A DNA stretch of 64,000 nt from Sphaerodactylus townsendi. Its lineage: Eukaryota. Shown here one piece after another: positions 51,051 through 64,000 of this stretch (position 1 is the stretch's first letter; every line of letters starts with the position of its first letter). The notes under the pieces were generated by a model that worked only from the letters and a program-made list of their open reading frames with translations, did not search any database and was not told the DNA's origin. The position numbers were made by a program, and so were the translations under genes. Where the stretch lies: the NCBI RefSeq assembly GCF_021028975.2, contig NC_059434.1:60884001-60948000 (forward strand), written 5' to 3'.

Positions 51051-51460
51051 GTTGCTTAAACAAAATGGTTGCAGAGGGAGACACTGGGAAGAAAGGGAGA
51101 ATTCAGTTGGGATTCATTCGCTGATTTGACGCCAGCAACCTCAAGCTGGGTAAAATCTGAGAGTAGTTAGTATGCTACAGAACATAATGGTATTATGTTG
51201 ATGTACACTATTCTTCTTGATTTGCAATTTGGTGTTAGTTGGGACTGGGTCACAGCAATTCTAATTCAGAGATGCTTGGTCACCTGCCTTGTTCAGCTTA
51301 TATCTTGCTCACAGGTGAATATTCAATATTGTGGTGGGCTGCACCTAAACAGCTCAAAAGTCTAATTGTGGAAAAAAAAGACTATCCTTGGGTAATTTAT
51401 ATACTACTTTGATACAGCTGCCTGTTCTCGCTCCTACATCTGCCCTCCTGCCTCCAATTG

Positions 51461-51462
<2 letters not shown>

Positions 51463-51492
<30 letters not shown>
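51463..51492. repeat. (TG)n microsatellite
   Basis: Direct observation. Confidence 0.95.
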
Positions 51493-51495
<3 letters not shown>

Positions 51496-53636
51496 GTGTG
51501 TGTAAAGTGTGTTACTCTACAAGATGCTACAAGACTCTCTTGATTTTTACTACAACAGACTAACAAGGGTAAATTTTCATCTGTTTATTTCTATGGGCTT
51601 GATGAAGGCCATTAGGACCTTATTATCAGTTATCCAGACAGAAAAGAAAGAACATTTTACATAACATTTCATAATTTAAACAGTTTTAGGTGGGTTTCAG
51701 ATGGGTAGCTATGCTTGTCTGTAATCACTTACATAAAACCACTTTAAACCACTTTGCACCAGTTGACTATCAGTACTCAGTACCAGATAACTTAGAAAAC
51801 AAAAAAAATGCTTTACTTGACACTCAGGGTGTCTAACCAAATGTTTATTTACTCTTCATAAACATAACAATATGTGAATGTATACAATTGCTGAGCTGGG
51901 AATTTTAATCTACTGTTTTATATTGGTTTTACTGTATTATGTGATATGAAAATGCTGTACACCGCCCTGAGCCTCCAGGGGAGGGCGGTTTAAAAATGTA
52001 ACATGTAAATAAATAAACAAACATACCCTTCATAAACATCATATGCATAACTACCATGAAGCACACAATCCTTAGGCAATTCTCACATCTTAACAATCTA
52101 ATTAACCAATAATCTAGATGCAACACTCATCTTCACAATCTAATAGAAACTCTTATCTCCAAGTGATAAGAATACCAGGCTAAACAATCTGGCAGGCTGT
52201 TCTGTCCTGACTCATCATGTTCACAGGCCCGTGGAGTTAAACTCTTTCTGCTCCTATGGGCACAGATTGTCCCTTATCAGTATACTTTTTCCAATTTCTA
52301 TCAGAACAGCAATTTCAACATGCTTCTCTCAGGTTCACATCAGTCCATTTTATTCTGTAATACCTTAGAGACTAACACATTTTCCCAGAGTATAAACTTT
52401 GATGAGGCAAAGCTCTGTCACTGTCAACATATTTTTCAAATCTTCTTTGTAACAATATTATTTAAATCACACTGTAGAAGGGATTCAAATTGAATAAGAT
52501 GGAGTCTTGAAATGTCCATAACTGGTATGTGGCTTGCACAACATCAGCTGAGTTGGCATTGTACACTTTTTCTAAACAGCTGTTTTAAGCTTGGCCAGCA
52601 AGCTATTTCTGTGCCTGATCTTGCATTGTGAATGCATTTCTTAAGAAAGCTGGCAAGATTTCAAAAAACCAAGTGTTATATAAAGAAAGCACAAAGGCAG
52701 TTTCCAGTACACTGACTTACAGAACTATGAAATCACAGAATTCAATGGAAAATGAATAATCATGTTGTAATGTTTAGAAATCCCATGAGAACATTCTGAT
52801 GCCAAAATGGGAAGTCATTTTAGCTACTAGGAATTGACGTTCTTCCAGGTTTATCATCAATGTTTTGACACAGCCTGGACTGGAGAGCCATGGAAATTTC
52901 TTGCACAGTAGTTCTGCATTTAGTTCTCTCTACAGCTTGATCTTATCAGATCTCAGAAGCTAAGCAGGATCAATCTTGACAAGTATTTGGATGGGAGACT
53001 TCTAAGTTATATGGGATGAGGAGGCAGGCAAACCACCTTTGAATGTCTCTTCCCTTGAAAATTCCCCCAGGGGTTTTCAGATGTGATTTGGCAGCACCCC
53101 CCCCCCCCACACACACACAAAAGAAAACAAAAAACAGTACGCCCCTTTCCTGTCATATGTTACTGGCATTAAGCCTGCATGTACAGAACTGATGTGCCAC
53201 ACACAATCTTCCCGATACATGTAATTTTCATGGGCTTTATGGTTTTCCTTTGGAAGAGGACAGGCAAATATTATGCTGTGCTTTCAATAAAACACCTGTT
53301 TCTTCAGCCTGCTCTGTGCATGTTCACATGTCCTATGGATTCATGAATTATGTACTTCAATCAATGCATTCATTTTTCAAAACTATATGTCATAACAAAA
53401 GCTCATAATGTTAACTGTGAATGATAGGTTCCATTCAACCACCTCTCTCCCTAGGAGTACTTTCAGGTCCTAGTGAAAGCTTTAGAGATCAGGATCACTG
53501 TGCAACTAAAGGTGATGATTCTTAAGAAGTAAACATGCTGTATAAATGGTCTAACTGATACTAAGAACAAATGTTTGTGCCAAGAAGCTGACATATACTT
53601 CTGCTTTGTCCTTTGCAAAGGACCAGAGCTCCTATC

Positions 53637-54973
53637 CAGTGGCGTAACTAGGCAAACTGGAGCCCTGGGCAAAACCTGAGTTTGATGCCCCCCCGGCACG
53701 TGCCCAATTCAAGGCGGACCCCCCCCCCCTTGTAGCTACACCCAGTGGCGTATCTAGGCAAACTGGAGTTTGGCGCCCCCCATGGGCAGCCACCCTCCCC
53801 CACTGTGACCAAGCAATGATTTTTACACCAGGTTGTTTCAAAGTCACCATCACATTATAGAACATGCCCAAACTCACAAATCTGAGCACAGTAATAAGCC
53901 ATGCCACACATCAGAAATACTTTTTTGAAAACATTTTCAAAATGCTTTCAAAATGTTTTATTACTGCTATGAAAACATTTTATGGTGTTGTATCCAGTAC
54001 CCTCAATTGGGGGAAACAGTATCACTTTCAATGTTTCAAAGGAGAATCTGGGCTCCCTAGTTTAAACAAGTGATGCTGGAATCCACCCCCAAACAGCATC
54101 ATTTTCAATGGTGTTTAAACTAGGGACCCCAGATTCTCCTTTTAAATCTACCTTAAAGGGAGAATCTGGGATTCCCAGTTTAAACAACGTTGGAAGTGAT
54201 GCTATTTTGGGGTTGATTCTCCCCCATCCTGAAACAGCATCACTTTCAATGTTTAAACTGGGGACCTCAGATTCTCCCTTTAAATCTATGTCAAAGGCGG
54301 GGGGATTTAAAAGGAAAATCTGGGGAAATTTGGGAGGTGCCTGCGGGCAGGGGTGCAATTGTTAAGCTAGCAGCACCAAACTTTCAGGGTATCTTTAGGA
54401 GACTTCCCTAATGATACCACCCAGGTTTTGTGAAGTTTGGTTCAGGGGGTCCAAAGTTATGGACCCTCAAAGGTGTAGCCCCCATCTTCTATTAGCTCCC
54501 ATTGGAAACAATGGATGATGGGGCACCCACTTTGGGAGTCCATAGCTTTGGACTCCCTGGACCAAACTTCACAAAACCTGGGTGGTATCAGTAAAAGAGT
54601 CTCCTGATGATACCTCCCAGGTTTGGTGAAGTTTGGTTCAGGGGGTCCAAAGTTATCGACCCTCAAAGGTGTAGCCTCATCTCCTATTGGCTCCCATGGG
54701 AAACAATGGGGGATGGGGCACCCCCTTTGGGAGTCCATAACTTTGGACTCCCAGAACCAAACCTCACCAAACCTGGGTGATAGCATTAGGAGAGTCTCCC
54801 AAAACATCCCTGAAATTTTGGTGCTGCTAGCGCTAGCCTAAAAACAGCACCCTCTGCAGGCCATAAATGGAAAAACACTGAAAATACAAAAAATCCCACA
54901 AACAAACCTGCGCCCCCCACAGGGCTGCGCCATGGGCAACTGCCCACTTTGCCCAATGGGAGGAACGCCTCTG
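53637..54973. mobile_element. hAT-type non-autonomous element with internal direct and inverted repeat arrays
   Basis: TIRs CAGTGGCGT / ACGCCTCTG; 8-bp TSD CTCCTATC (53629-53636 / 54974-54981). Confidence 0.85.
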
Positions 54974-55269
54974 CTCCTATCTTGTAACTCATGGTCTTAA
55001 TCTCTGCATAACGGTTGGGTTCTTGATGTTAAGGGTGATTGGAATGTGTCATGACATTGAATAGGGTGAGGGCTTTCTGTCTGAGAAGTAGAATAAAATG
55101 GGGCTGGGGAGAATGGGCACAGTGAAGAGACTGACATGGCATGATGCAGGTGATATGTAGCCTTGGCCTTTTAGATGATTGAAGTGTGTGCTGAATATAT
55201 CTTTGCAGTTTTCCTTCTCTGTTCCAGCAAGGGCAACATGTACCCACACAAAACACTGATGTGCCTATC

Positions 55270-55361
55270 AGAAGAGGAGGAGTTTGGATTTATACCCCGC
55301 CTTTCTATCCTGTAAGGAGACTCAAGGCAGCTTACAAACTCCTTTCCCTTCCTCACAAGAG
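55270..55361 (-). mobile_element. SINE 3' fragment
   Basis: GAAGAGGAGGAGTTTGGATTTATACCCC tail region only. Confidence 0.7.
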
Positions 55362-55886
55362 ACAGAAGAATAAAACTTAATAATTTTGCTTCCTGATGAC
55401 GCAGTATCAGTTCCCAAATAACACTGCTGCATGTAGAAATATGCACTAATGAACCTAAGCAGAAATTCTTATTTAACAATTAAGCTGTATTCTATACTTA
55501 TATCTGAAGCAAGAAACATTTAAACAGAAATGCTGAAAACATCACTCTCACTTTGCAAATATTGATTTTCAGAAGCTGGAATGAAGTAACTTTGCTGAAA
55601 TGAACCCTTACGAAATATTATTTGTACAGTTTACCTGGTCAGCCAACTATTTGTATTGGGGGTATGCCTCATTGTCCCTTCTATGTATTAGATACCAGAT
55701 TAAGAGAGAAACCCTAAACAATTACACCCTTCTAAGTCCATGACTTTAGGGATATAAAACTCAATTTAGGATTGCACTGCTAGTCAGCTTCATTCTGCAG
55801 TCAAGTTTTTGCTTCTGTAAGGAGTTAGACCCTTCCTGCTGCGAAGAAGTGCCACTAATTCACAGGAGCCAAAGACTTGCATAAGA

Positions 55887-56200
55887 TAAGGTGACCAGAT
55901 GGTCACCTTCGTAAACCGGGACGGGTGGGTAGGTGTGCGCGCACCCGCAGCCGCAGGAGCGCAGTGCCTTGTGGGGCGCTCCCGTTTCCTGCCCTGTCAC
56001 AGGGCGGGAAACAGGAGCACCCCACAAGGCCGTGCGCTCCTGCGGCCGCGTACGCGGGAGGCTGCCGCACTGCCTTGCGCCCCAGAAGGCAGTACGGCAG
56101 CCTTCCAAAAATTGGGACACTTGTAAAAACCCGCGGGATGCGGGACAAATTGTTTTAAGGTGGGAATGTCCTGCCAAAAGCGGGACGTCTGGTCAGCCTA
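55887..56200. mobile_element. CpG-rich hAT MITE (Blackjack-like TAGGGTGACCA ends)
   Basis: TAAGGTGACCAGA / TCTGGTCAGCCTA; TSD GCATAAGA/GCGTAAGA. Confidence 0.78.
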
Positions 56201-59200
56201 GCGTAAGAACAAGATGCTTCCCCCCACAAAATGGATGCCTCTCAGAAAGATTTATCTTGTGTGTCAAGTTTGGGCAGGAAGATACTTGGCCACTTAACTT
56301 TGACCCTGGTCCAAAGGTGTCCTTGGTTGGGTAATAGGACTAGCTAATCCCCATTGTGTCCCTCAAAGATGATTTAATCAATGTTCTGAGTAGACCATTA
56401 CTTACCCTATCTGCACCCATTCCAGCAATCAATCAGTATTTAAGAGAATACCGGTAACTCAGAAATTCTGTTGGGCCCTGATGATTCACCAAGACTCTCC
56501 TATCTTATTGTTCAAACCCCAGAAAACCAATTAATTATTTGTTTCCAGCTTTCCTTCCAGCTTACCTCATGCCACCTCAAGACCCATTTGGGGGTATAAA
56601 TGTTAGTCTTTTGGTGTGTGCATCTTGGTGCGTATCTTGGATCCATCACCCATCCCCACTTTCATTTGGGCTTCCCTCTTCCTTTTGATTGAAGATATCG
56701 GTTGTTTTCCTCATCTGCACTGCTTTCCCAGGATGTCCCTTCAAAACTGGTACCTATTATCCATCCCAGAAATCCTATCCAACTTCCTCCCTTTTCTCTT
56801 TGTCAGTTCTTTTATGCTTTGTGTGTGTATGGCTTAGGATATATTTCTTGGTTTTGCTATTTTTATTCTTTAATGAAATTCAGCTTTAATTAAACAACTG
56901 CCTATTCATTTATGAGATCTGACCTGGAAAATCCTGGTATACAGAGATTATCAATCCCAGTTGCCTACTCTCGCTCAGTCGACCCAGTTAATTCCCCCAA
57001 CTCAAGTGGAGACTGCTTGCTCAAGGTAACGCTTCTGTAAGTATTCTTGGGAAAGGAAAGGTTTATTGCATCACAGTCACTTGAATAAGCAGACCTTGTG
57101 ACAGGGCTGTTGCTTCATACTCCGTAAGCTCCTTACATAATATGTCTCTGTTGATATTATCACCATCAGCATTTTTTTTTGCAAGCACACATTTTCAGTT
57201 ATCTTAAGACACTTAGCGAATATTAAACAACCATGGGGCTTTGCAGATTTTTCCTTCATTAGATACATTTTTAAACTGTCATAGAAGAGGAACACAGACA
57301 GTTAAATACAGTCCCTGCAAGCAATGAAGTTTCTTTTGTGGGAAGAGTTCTGAAATATCAATACAGGGTTATAGATTAATATGAAGTAGCAACACCGACA
57401 TATTTGTAGGCCTGCAGGGAGAGAAGGGAAACAGAATAGTATTTTTTAAACAAATAAATGAATTTGTGGAATGCTGAATTTCAGTATGCTGCTCCAATGA
57501 CAAAACGATGCATCGGAATAACTACAGAAAATAGTTTAAGCAATCTATGTGTGTATGCATGTACGTATGGCATTTTTTTGCCAGCCTTTCCCTTCATTGG
57601 GTCTCAAAGGTGGGTTACAATAGCCATTAAAAGAATGAACAGCACAAATTGATCAGAATTAAAATGGAACTACCGCATGACTGGGCTTAGTCTTTTGCTG
57701 AAGAAACACAAGTCATAATGGATACTAGTCATAATGCATAGTTATTCTTCCCAGTGGAACACCGGCAGCAGAATAATGACGCAGAAGTCATCTTGTTGTG
57801 GGCATTGTCACCTGGTTGGCCATTGTGTGAGCAGACTGCTGGACTTGATGGGCCTTGGTTTGTCACAGAACTGCCACAAAAGCTATTTGTTATTTTTTTT
57901 CCAAATCCACTTTGGCCTTGGTTTGTCACAGAACTGCTGACTCATAATTATGCCAAGGTCAAATTTGCTTGTGCACCACAGTAAGTGATTGCAAAAATGA
58001 CCTGCGGACTGTGATTGAGCTACCAAATGACAGGATTTTCCTAGAAAAGGATGCCATAGACAGGATTCATGGCAATTTATAGTCTGCAGTGAGTAAGCAG
58101 AGGTAAAGGTCAAAGAATGCAACCATTCCAAGTAATTATTATATAGAAAGTAAATTATTCATTTGAAAACACAAGGACTCAGGGGTTAAAATAGCATTTA
58201 TTCTTTGGAATAAACAAAGTCTACAAGTCAAGAAAAACTTATCTGGTATGCTACCAAAGTCCATAAAGAAGGCAGATGCCATTAAAGTAACAATTCCCAA
58301 ACATATAAAACTAGAAGGCATATGGTCTAAACATAGTTCATTATTCAGTCACAATATATATTGAATAAACCATCCATTCATTTTATACAATTATAATACA
58401 AAATGTTCAGTGTTCAGTATAAAACATATCCCATTAGGTGGCTGTGTGAGTGTAGGAAGTGGTCAATGGGGGAAACCTCACACATGCACAAGATGCTGGG
58501 TGGACCATAGTACAATCCCGCAGAAAGGGATGTTTGTGTGTTTCCCTTCTGCAAACAGAAGTCACAGCAGCTGATGTGCTTCCTATTCAAAGGAGAAGGG
58601 ATTGCTACAAGTTGTCCGGCTACAAGTTGGAATTGCAGCTTTAAAAAAAAGGAAGAGCTACAGACCCACAGACTTGGCAGCGCTTTGCACAGTCTGCTGA
58701 ATCTGAATGTGGGAATTCGAAATATGACTTGGGCTGTTTTATTAAAACATTTTCTTTTATTTAATCACTGGCATCACAGTTTAATAATATCACAATATCG
58801 TTTATTAATGTAATAAAATTAACCATTAAAACATGGAAAATAATTAGTATCTCAATATTGTACATTGACAGTTCGAACAGAGGATGACAGACCAGTCAAA
58901 ATCTCTGTTAGGCATCTGAGGCAAAGGATTAAATAATATTTATATGACAGCTTCAGATTATCATCCCTGAAATTCATATTATGTAGACATTCCTGTCTAT
59001 CATATGCTAATACAGTTCTCTCTCTCTCCTCATGCATACACATTAAGTATGTGTTAAGTCTGACAGTGAAAGTGGTATGTAAATGTGCTATTATATGTAA
59101 CATTGGACTTAATTTTGCCATCCTTTCTGTGTGCAGGATCACAGCCCAGTGCCCTGATCCACCTATATGAACTGATGGGTTTTTGAATAATTTGAAATGG

Positions 59201-59512
59201 ACACCATGCAGTACAGCTAAACAGAATGCACACTACCCGGCAATTTACATTCCATTCGATTATGTCCTCATTCTCTGATTCAGCAAGAGGAAGGCCTACA
59301 GAAATATGCTTGTATACAGAGACCTCACTAGCTGGACCAGGGTGCAAGAGTTTTGTCAGAATATCAAGTTTGGTCAGGCCCTGAATAACCAAGCAGCTGT
59401 ATGTAAGGTGCCTAAAAAGAAATATTGCAGAATTCCATTCATTCGTGAAACATCCCCAACCACATATCGCTATTCCTATCTATTCAAAAACCAAACAAAA
59501 ATCTTTCACTCT

Positions 59513-59647
59513 TCATGTTCTGATCCTTTTGCAAGACACTGTATGGCTTTCAGAACCAAATCCAGTCTTTTGCCTGCAGGCACTTCCATTGATATGGCTG
59601 ATGGTCTCGCTGAAACTGTCTAGCTGAGAGCTTCCTTCAGTAGGTAC
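59513..59647 (-). CDS. ETNPPL: Ethanolamine-phosphate phospho-lyase, last coding exon (VPTEGSSQLDSFSETISHINGSACRQKTGFGSESHTVSCKRIRT*)
   Basis: Minus-strand CTGTAG acceptor, 135 nt in phase 0, basic C-terminus resembling human ...SKRLKT*. Confidence 0.85.
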   Translation of the reverse strand, partial: VPTEGSSQLDSFSETISHINGSACRQKTGFGSESHTVSCKRIRT

Positions 59648-59856
59648 CTACAGCAAACAGAAAAATCAACTGAGTAAGCAAATACTGTCATCAGCAGATA
59701 CTGGAAACACTGGGACTTTGCAGCAGCTCATTAATTTATGAACTACAAGGAAAAGGTCAGGAGGTTTCATTTTTTTTTACTCTAGCAGAGTCACTGTGTA
59801 GGTTGGTTGTTGTTGGGTTTTTTTTGTCCAAAGGTTACAATCCACCCTGAACTTAC

Positions 59857-59924
59857 TTTTCTTTTGCATTGTGTACTTGTAGATAGTCCATTTCTGGTCC
59901 CGATTACAGTTGCTTCTTCTAAAT
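59857..59924 (-). CDS. ETNPPL: ETNPPL penultimate exon (DLEEATVIGTRNGLSTSTQCKRK)
   Basis: TTATAG acceptor, GTAAGT donor, 68 nt, phases fit the neighbouring exons. Confidence 0.88.
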
Positions 59925-60017
59925 CTATAACAAAAGAAAACAAAATCAAACAGGTTTCTTCCACTAGGTGTGGCTTCAAGTATCTGCATATTGTACTTGC
60001 AATGGTAAATTAATTCT

Positions 60018-60220
60018 GGCTGTGTTGGTTTTCGGGAAGTGTGGCTGTCATCTGTTTTATCTGCAACTATGGCAGGCATCACAGTGAGACGTACCTCTGA
60101 AGATGCCAGCCATAGTTGCGGGCGAAATGTTAGGAGCAAAAACTACCAAACCATGGCCACACAGCTTGAAAAATCCACAACAGCCCATTCATTCAGGCTG
60201 TGAAGGCATCAATAATACTG
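60018..60220 (+). mobile_element. Penelope-like element terminal fragment with minimal hammerhead motif (60094-60134)
   Basis: CCT-CTGAAGA-TGCC...GGC-GAAAT-GTT-AGG, preceded by an inverted partial copy. Confidence 0.68.
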
Positions 60221-60273
60221 CAAATTAATTCCTTTAGAACTTCCTTTCCAATATAGTTGTCTTTGCTTTAACA

Positions 60274-60458
60274 CAGTGGTTCTCAACCTGGGGGTCGGGA
60301 CCCCTTTGGAGGTCGAATGACCCTTTCACGGGGTCGCCTAAGACTCTCTGCATCAGTGTTCTCCATCTGTAAAATGGATAAATGTTAGGGTTGGGGGTCA
60401 CCACAACAGGAGGAACTGTATTAAAGGGTTGCAGCATTAGGAAGGTTGACAACCACTG
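60274..60458. mobile_element. SPIN-like (hAT-Charlie) MITE in an ETNPPL intron
   Basis: TIRs CAGTGGTTCTCAACCT / AGGTTGACAACCACTG; subterminal sequence as recalled for SPIN/URR1; TSD CTTTAACA/CTTCAACA. Confidence 0.82.
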
Positions 60459-61164
60459 CTTCAACACATCTGTCATGAACCTAAAGCGCTCCTCAGGGAG
60501 CTGCAAGTAATGAGAATACAAGAATAGCCTTTTTAGGTTAGTCCAAGGCCTACTTAATTTGGTAGTGTCCAGCTAAATGCTACTGGAAAGATCACACAAT
60601 AGGGCGAGCTTTCCATAACAGGGCGAGCTACAGTCTTGTTTATTCTTTACATTCATGGTTGCCTGATCCTCACCTGTCTCTTTAAATGTGCTTAACGCCC
60701 TCCTCCCTAATTTGCTGTGTGTGTGGATGGGACATAATTAGATACCTGCTTTTGGGGTTGGATCCTATGACTCCCTTCTGATATGCAAGATCTTATGATT
60801 CCACACCACATGCAAATTTCCTCCAACAGAGAAAGCCATCAGAGAAAAGCCATCTTCTTCATCCGAGGAATTTATTGAAGGATGACGAAGAGCCAAACCA
60901 GAAATGTGTCCCCAACTCTAGCACAACCATAGTAATTTCAGTTCTTGAAGACAGTATGGAGGGTGAGGAGACAGGAGCCCATCATCTCCCCCTCCTGCAA
61001 TCCTCAACAGGATTATGCTCTGCAGCTACTTTAAAATGAAAAAAAAAAGCAAGGCTCTAAAATGTCATCAGATCCTCTAGGCCGACTTGGGGACACTGTA
61101 TCATCTAGTTTGGTTCAGAGTGGAAGAAAGTCTTAGAATTCAACCCTTGAGCCCAGCAGATTTA

Positions 61165-61323
<159 letters not shown>

Positions 61324-61500
61324 TCAACTCTGGAATACAAACACTAGAATATAGGGCAGATGTGGTATTACATGATAGCTTTCTACATAATGCTGAGTTT
61401 TATGAGTAAATCCATGAACATTTTGGTATAGATTAACTGAAAGTTCTCAGTTTTGAGTTATGGCATGTTCATAAACGATTAATACACATTTTCAAGTCAA

Positions 61501-61783
61501 CAGCAGCAGTGGCGTAGTGGTTAAGAGCAGGTGCATTCTAATCTGGAGGAACCGGGTTTGATTCCCTGCTCTGCCGCCTGAGCTGTGGAGGCTTATCTGG
61601 GAAATTCAGATTAGCCTGTACACTCCCACACACGCCAGCTGGGTGACCTTGGGCTATTCACAGCTTCTCGGAGCTCTCTCAGCCCCACCCACCTTACAGG
61701 GTGTTTGTTGTGGGGGGGGGGGGGGAAGGGAAAGGAGATTGTAAGCCCCTTTGAGGGGATATAAATCCCAAACTCTTCTTCTT
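61501..61783 (+). mobile_element. tRNA-derived SINE (Squam3-like) in an ETNPPL intron
   Basis: A box TGGCGTAGTGG, B box GGTTTGATTCC, (CTT)n tail. Confidence 0.88.
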
Positions 61784-62761
61784 TTAAATAATTTTTATTG
61801 AGATTTTCTTATTAAAACACAAAAAACCAGGAACAAAACATAAAGTGTACTATAAAAATGATATAGTACCTGAAAAAAAATCTTCATTACACTTACAGCT
61901 GACATTTTTTTCATCTGATATGTTGGAATATAAGCTAACAGCATCAAAGAAGTGATCCTTATCAACAGTAACAAAAAATGAAACTGCCAATGCTGCACAA
62001 GACAAAAAGTTCAGTACTGTGTCCAGCCACAGTGAGGAAAGAATTCTGCATGATCACATGCAGTATATAGATGAAATTACCTTCTGCCATTGTGGATCTT
62101 GTCAGTTCCAAATGGCTGACAGGCTGCATTGAGATACTTCATTTAACTACATCCACCTTCCACCCCTCCACTCTCCCTTTCATGGTTAGAACTGTGATTA
62201 AACAGTTGCCTGTGCCTGTGACATATTGATGGAGGTATTTGAGTCAGCACTAACTGGGATCCTAAACCTAAACCACAATTTAATCTAGGTAAAGAATCCA
62301 AGTTTTTGGAGGGCAAGCTGACTTTAGCATGCATATAGCCATCATGGGTAACCATATACAAATTATATAACATATACAAATTATATAACATATAATTTGT
62401 ATATGGTTTTAACTGGGATTGGGGTGAAATAGATTTTAACTGTTATTTGAATGATGGACACCGCCCTGAGCCCTTCGGGGAAGGGCGGTATAGAAATTTA
62501 AATAAATAGATAGATAGATTTCCCCTTAACCATGGCTATATGTGACATCTACATGTAAGTACAGTCTGAAACTGGAATTAAAAAGTCCTTGTCAACTACT
62601 GCTGAGCAAAAGTCATTAAATGGGAGAGCCATGGGGACATCTTAAATGACTGGCCCCCGCTTGGCTGTGAATTTGAGTTCAGCTTAGAGAATTCCACTGT
62701 GGTATTTGGTAAAGTCTAACCAACGAAAATAGTGTTTGACATGAGGGGCACAAGATATTTA

Positions 62762-62887
<126 letters not shown>

Positions 62888-64000
62888 TTAGATCTGCAAC
62901 CACCAAACATCAGGCTCGACAGGTGCACGGCAGTGTCTCAGTGTGCACTTTCACACTTGCTGAATAATGCACTTCTGATCCACTTTCAATACAGATTAGT
63001 GATTGTTTGCAAGTGGACTGTGCTGCTTTACACAGTCTAATCCATCTGTAAAGTGCTTTGAAAGTGTATTATTTAGGATGTGCGAAAGCACCCTATACTA
63101 ACCTAATTATTGCTGAGTCCAGGTCATTACAATGCACCTTTATACAAAAGGGGGAAAAAATCCTGCATATAGAAAGAAATATATCAAGGAAAAAATTTCT
63201 AGCCTAATTTCTTTCTTGAGGTGCCAGTTTTCTAGGAGTGGAAGAGGATGCTATCATCCTAGCAGCTGCAGGTGTGCCCCACCTACAGCCAGAAAGGATA
63301 CAATCTCCATACAGGGTAACATACTTTAAGAAAACTGTATGTTATGTGCTATCAAGTTGCTTCTAACTTACAGCAACACTCTGAATTAATGACCTCCAAA
63401 ATGTTCCTCCAAAAAGGAAGTCTTGCTCAGGCTTCCTTCTCTGAGTCAGTCCATCTCATGCTGGGTCCTTCTCTTTTTCTACTGTCTTCAACACTTCCTA
63501 CCATTATTGTCTTTTCCAGTGAGTGAGAAAGTTAGGCCTAAGTTGTGAAGAACATGTGCAACCATAGTGTCACCTTTACCACTCAATAAAGCCCAGCTCC
63601 ATAAGAAGTTGAAGTACCTGCATTAAATGACTTCGCTGGGAATGCCAATACTAGATCACAGTAAGAGACTTTGTCAAGAATTGTGAACATAGACTATCCA
63701 CATTAGATAGGTTTGTTTAACCCAGTTCATTTCTGTGAAGACCTTCTACATGCAAACCTTGTCTGCTTATAGAAGAGGGGGTTGGTAATATAGCTGTGTG
63801 AATTCAGCCAGTGTGCTACTGTGGGTGACAGCATAGAAGATCAGGAAGCCCCAAGTTCCAATGCAACCAACATTGAGTACATTGGGTGAACCTGGCTCAG
63901 TCATTCTTTCAACCAAGCATGGTTGTTACAAGGATAGATTTGAGGAACAATGCAGGCTGCTTTAAATTCCTTGAAAAAGGTCAGGATAAAAAAAAGTGCC

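Noticed and set aside
61501-61575. tRNA gene
   Set aside because: A and B boxes belong to a SINE head that continues into the SINE body; same for the other copies.

Overview
Vertebrate (squamate reptile, most likely gecko, judged from the repeat families) genomic DNA with two assembly gaps. It carries the conserved amniote gene order RPL34 (+, complete, 117 aa, 5' TOP tract), OSTC (+, complete, 149 aa) and the last four coding exons of ETNPPL (-, gene continues beyond the window end). The rest is transposon-rich: a 5'-truncated CR1 LINE, about ten tRNA-derived CORE-type SINEs, many hAT and PIF/Harbinger MITEs with visible TIRs and TSDs (one SPIN-like), Penelope-like fragments with minimal hammerhead ribozyme motifs, and solo LTRs. 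The most notable item is a structurally complete 1.4-kb non-coding miniature LTR retroelement (TRIM-like, 29879-31286): two 469-bp LTRs, tRNA-Lys-like PBS, PPT and 4-bp TSD. A diverged solo LTR of the same family lies about 3.6 kb upstream and is split by the CR1. No prokaryote-type systems are present. All calls were made by eye; family names need database confirmation.
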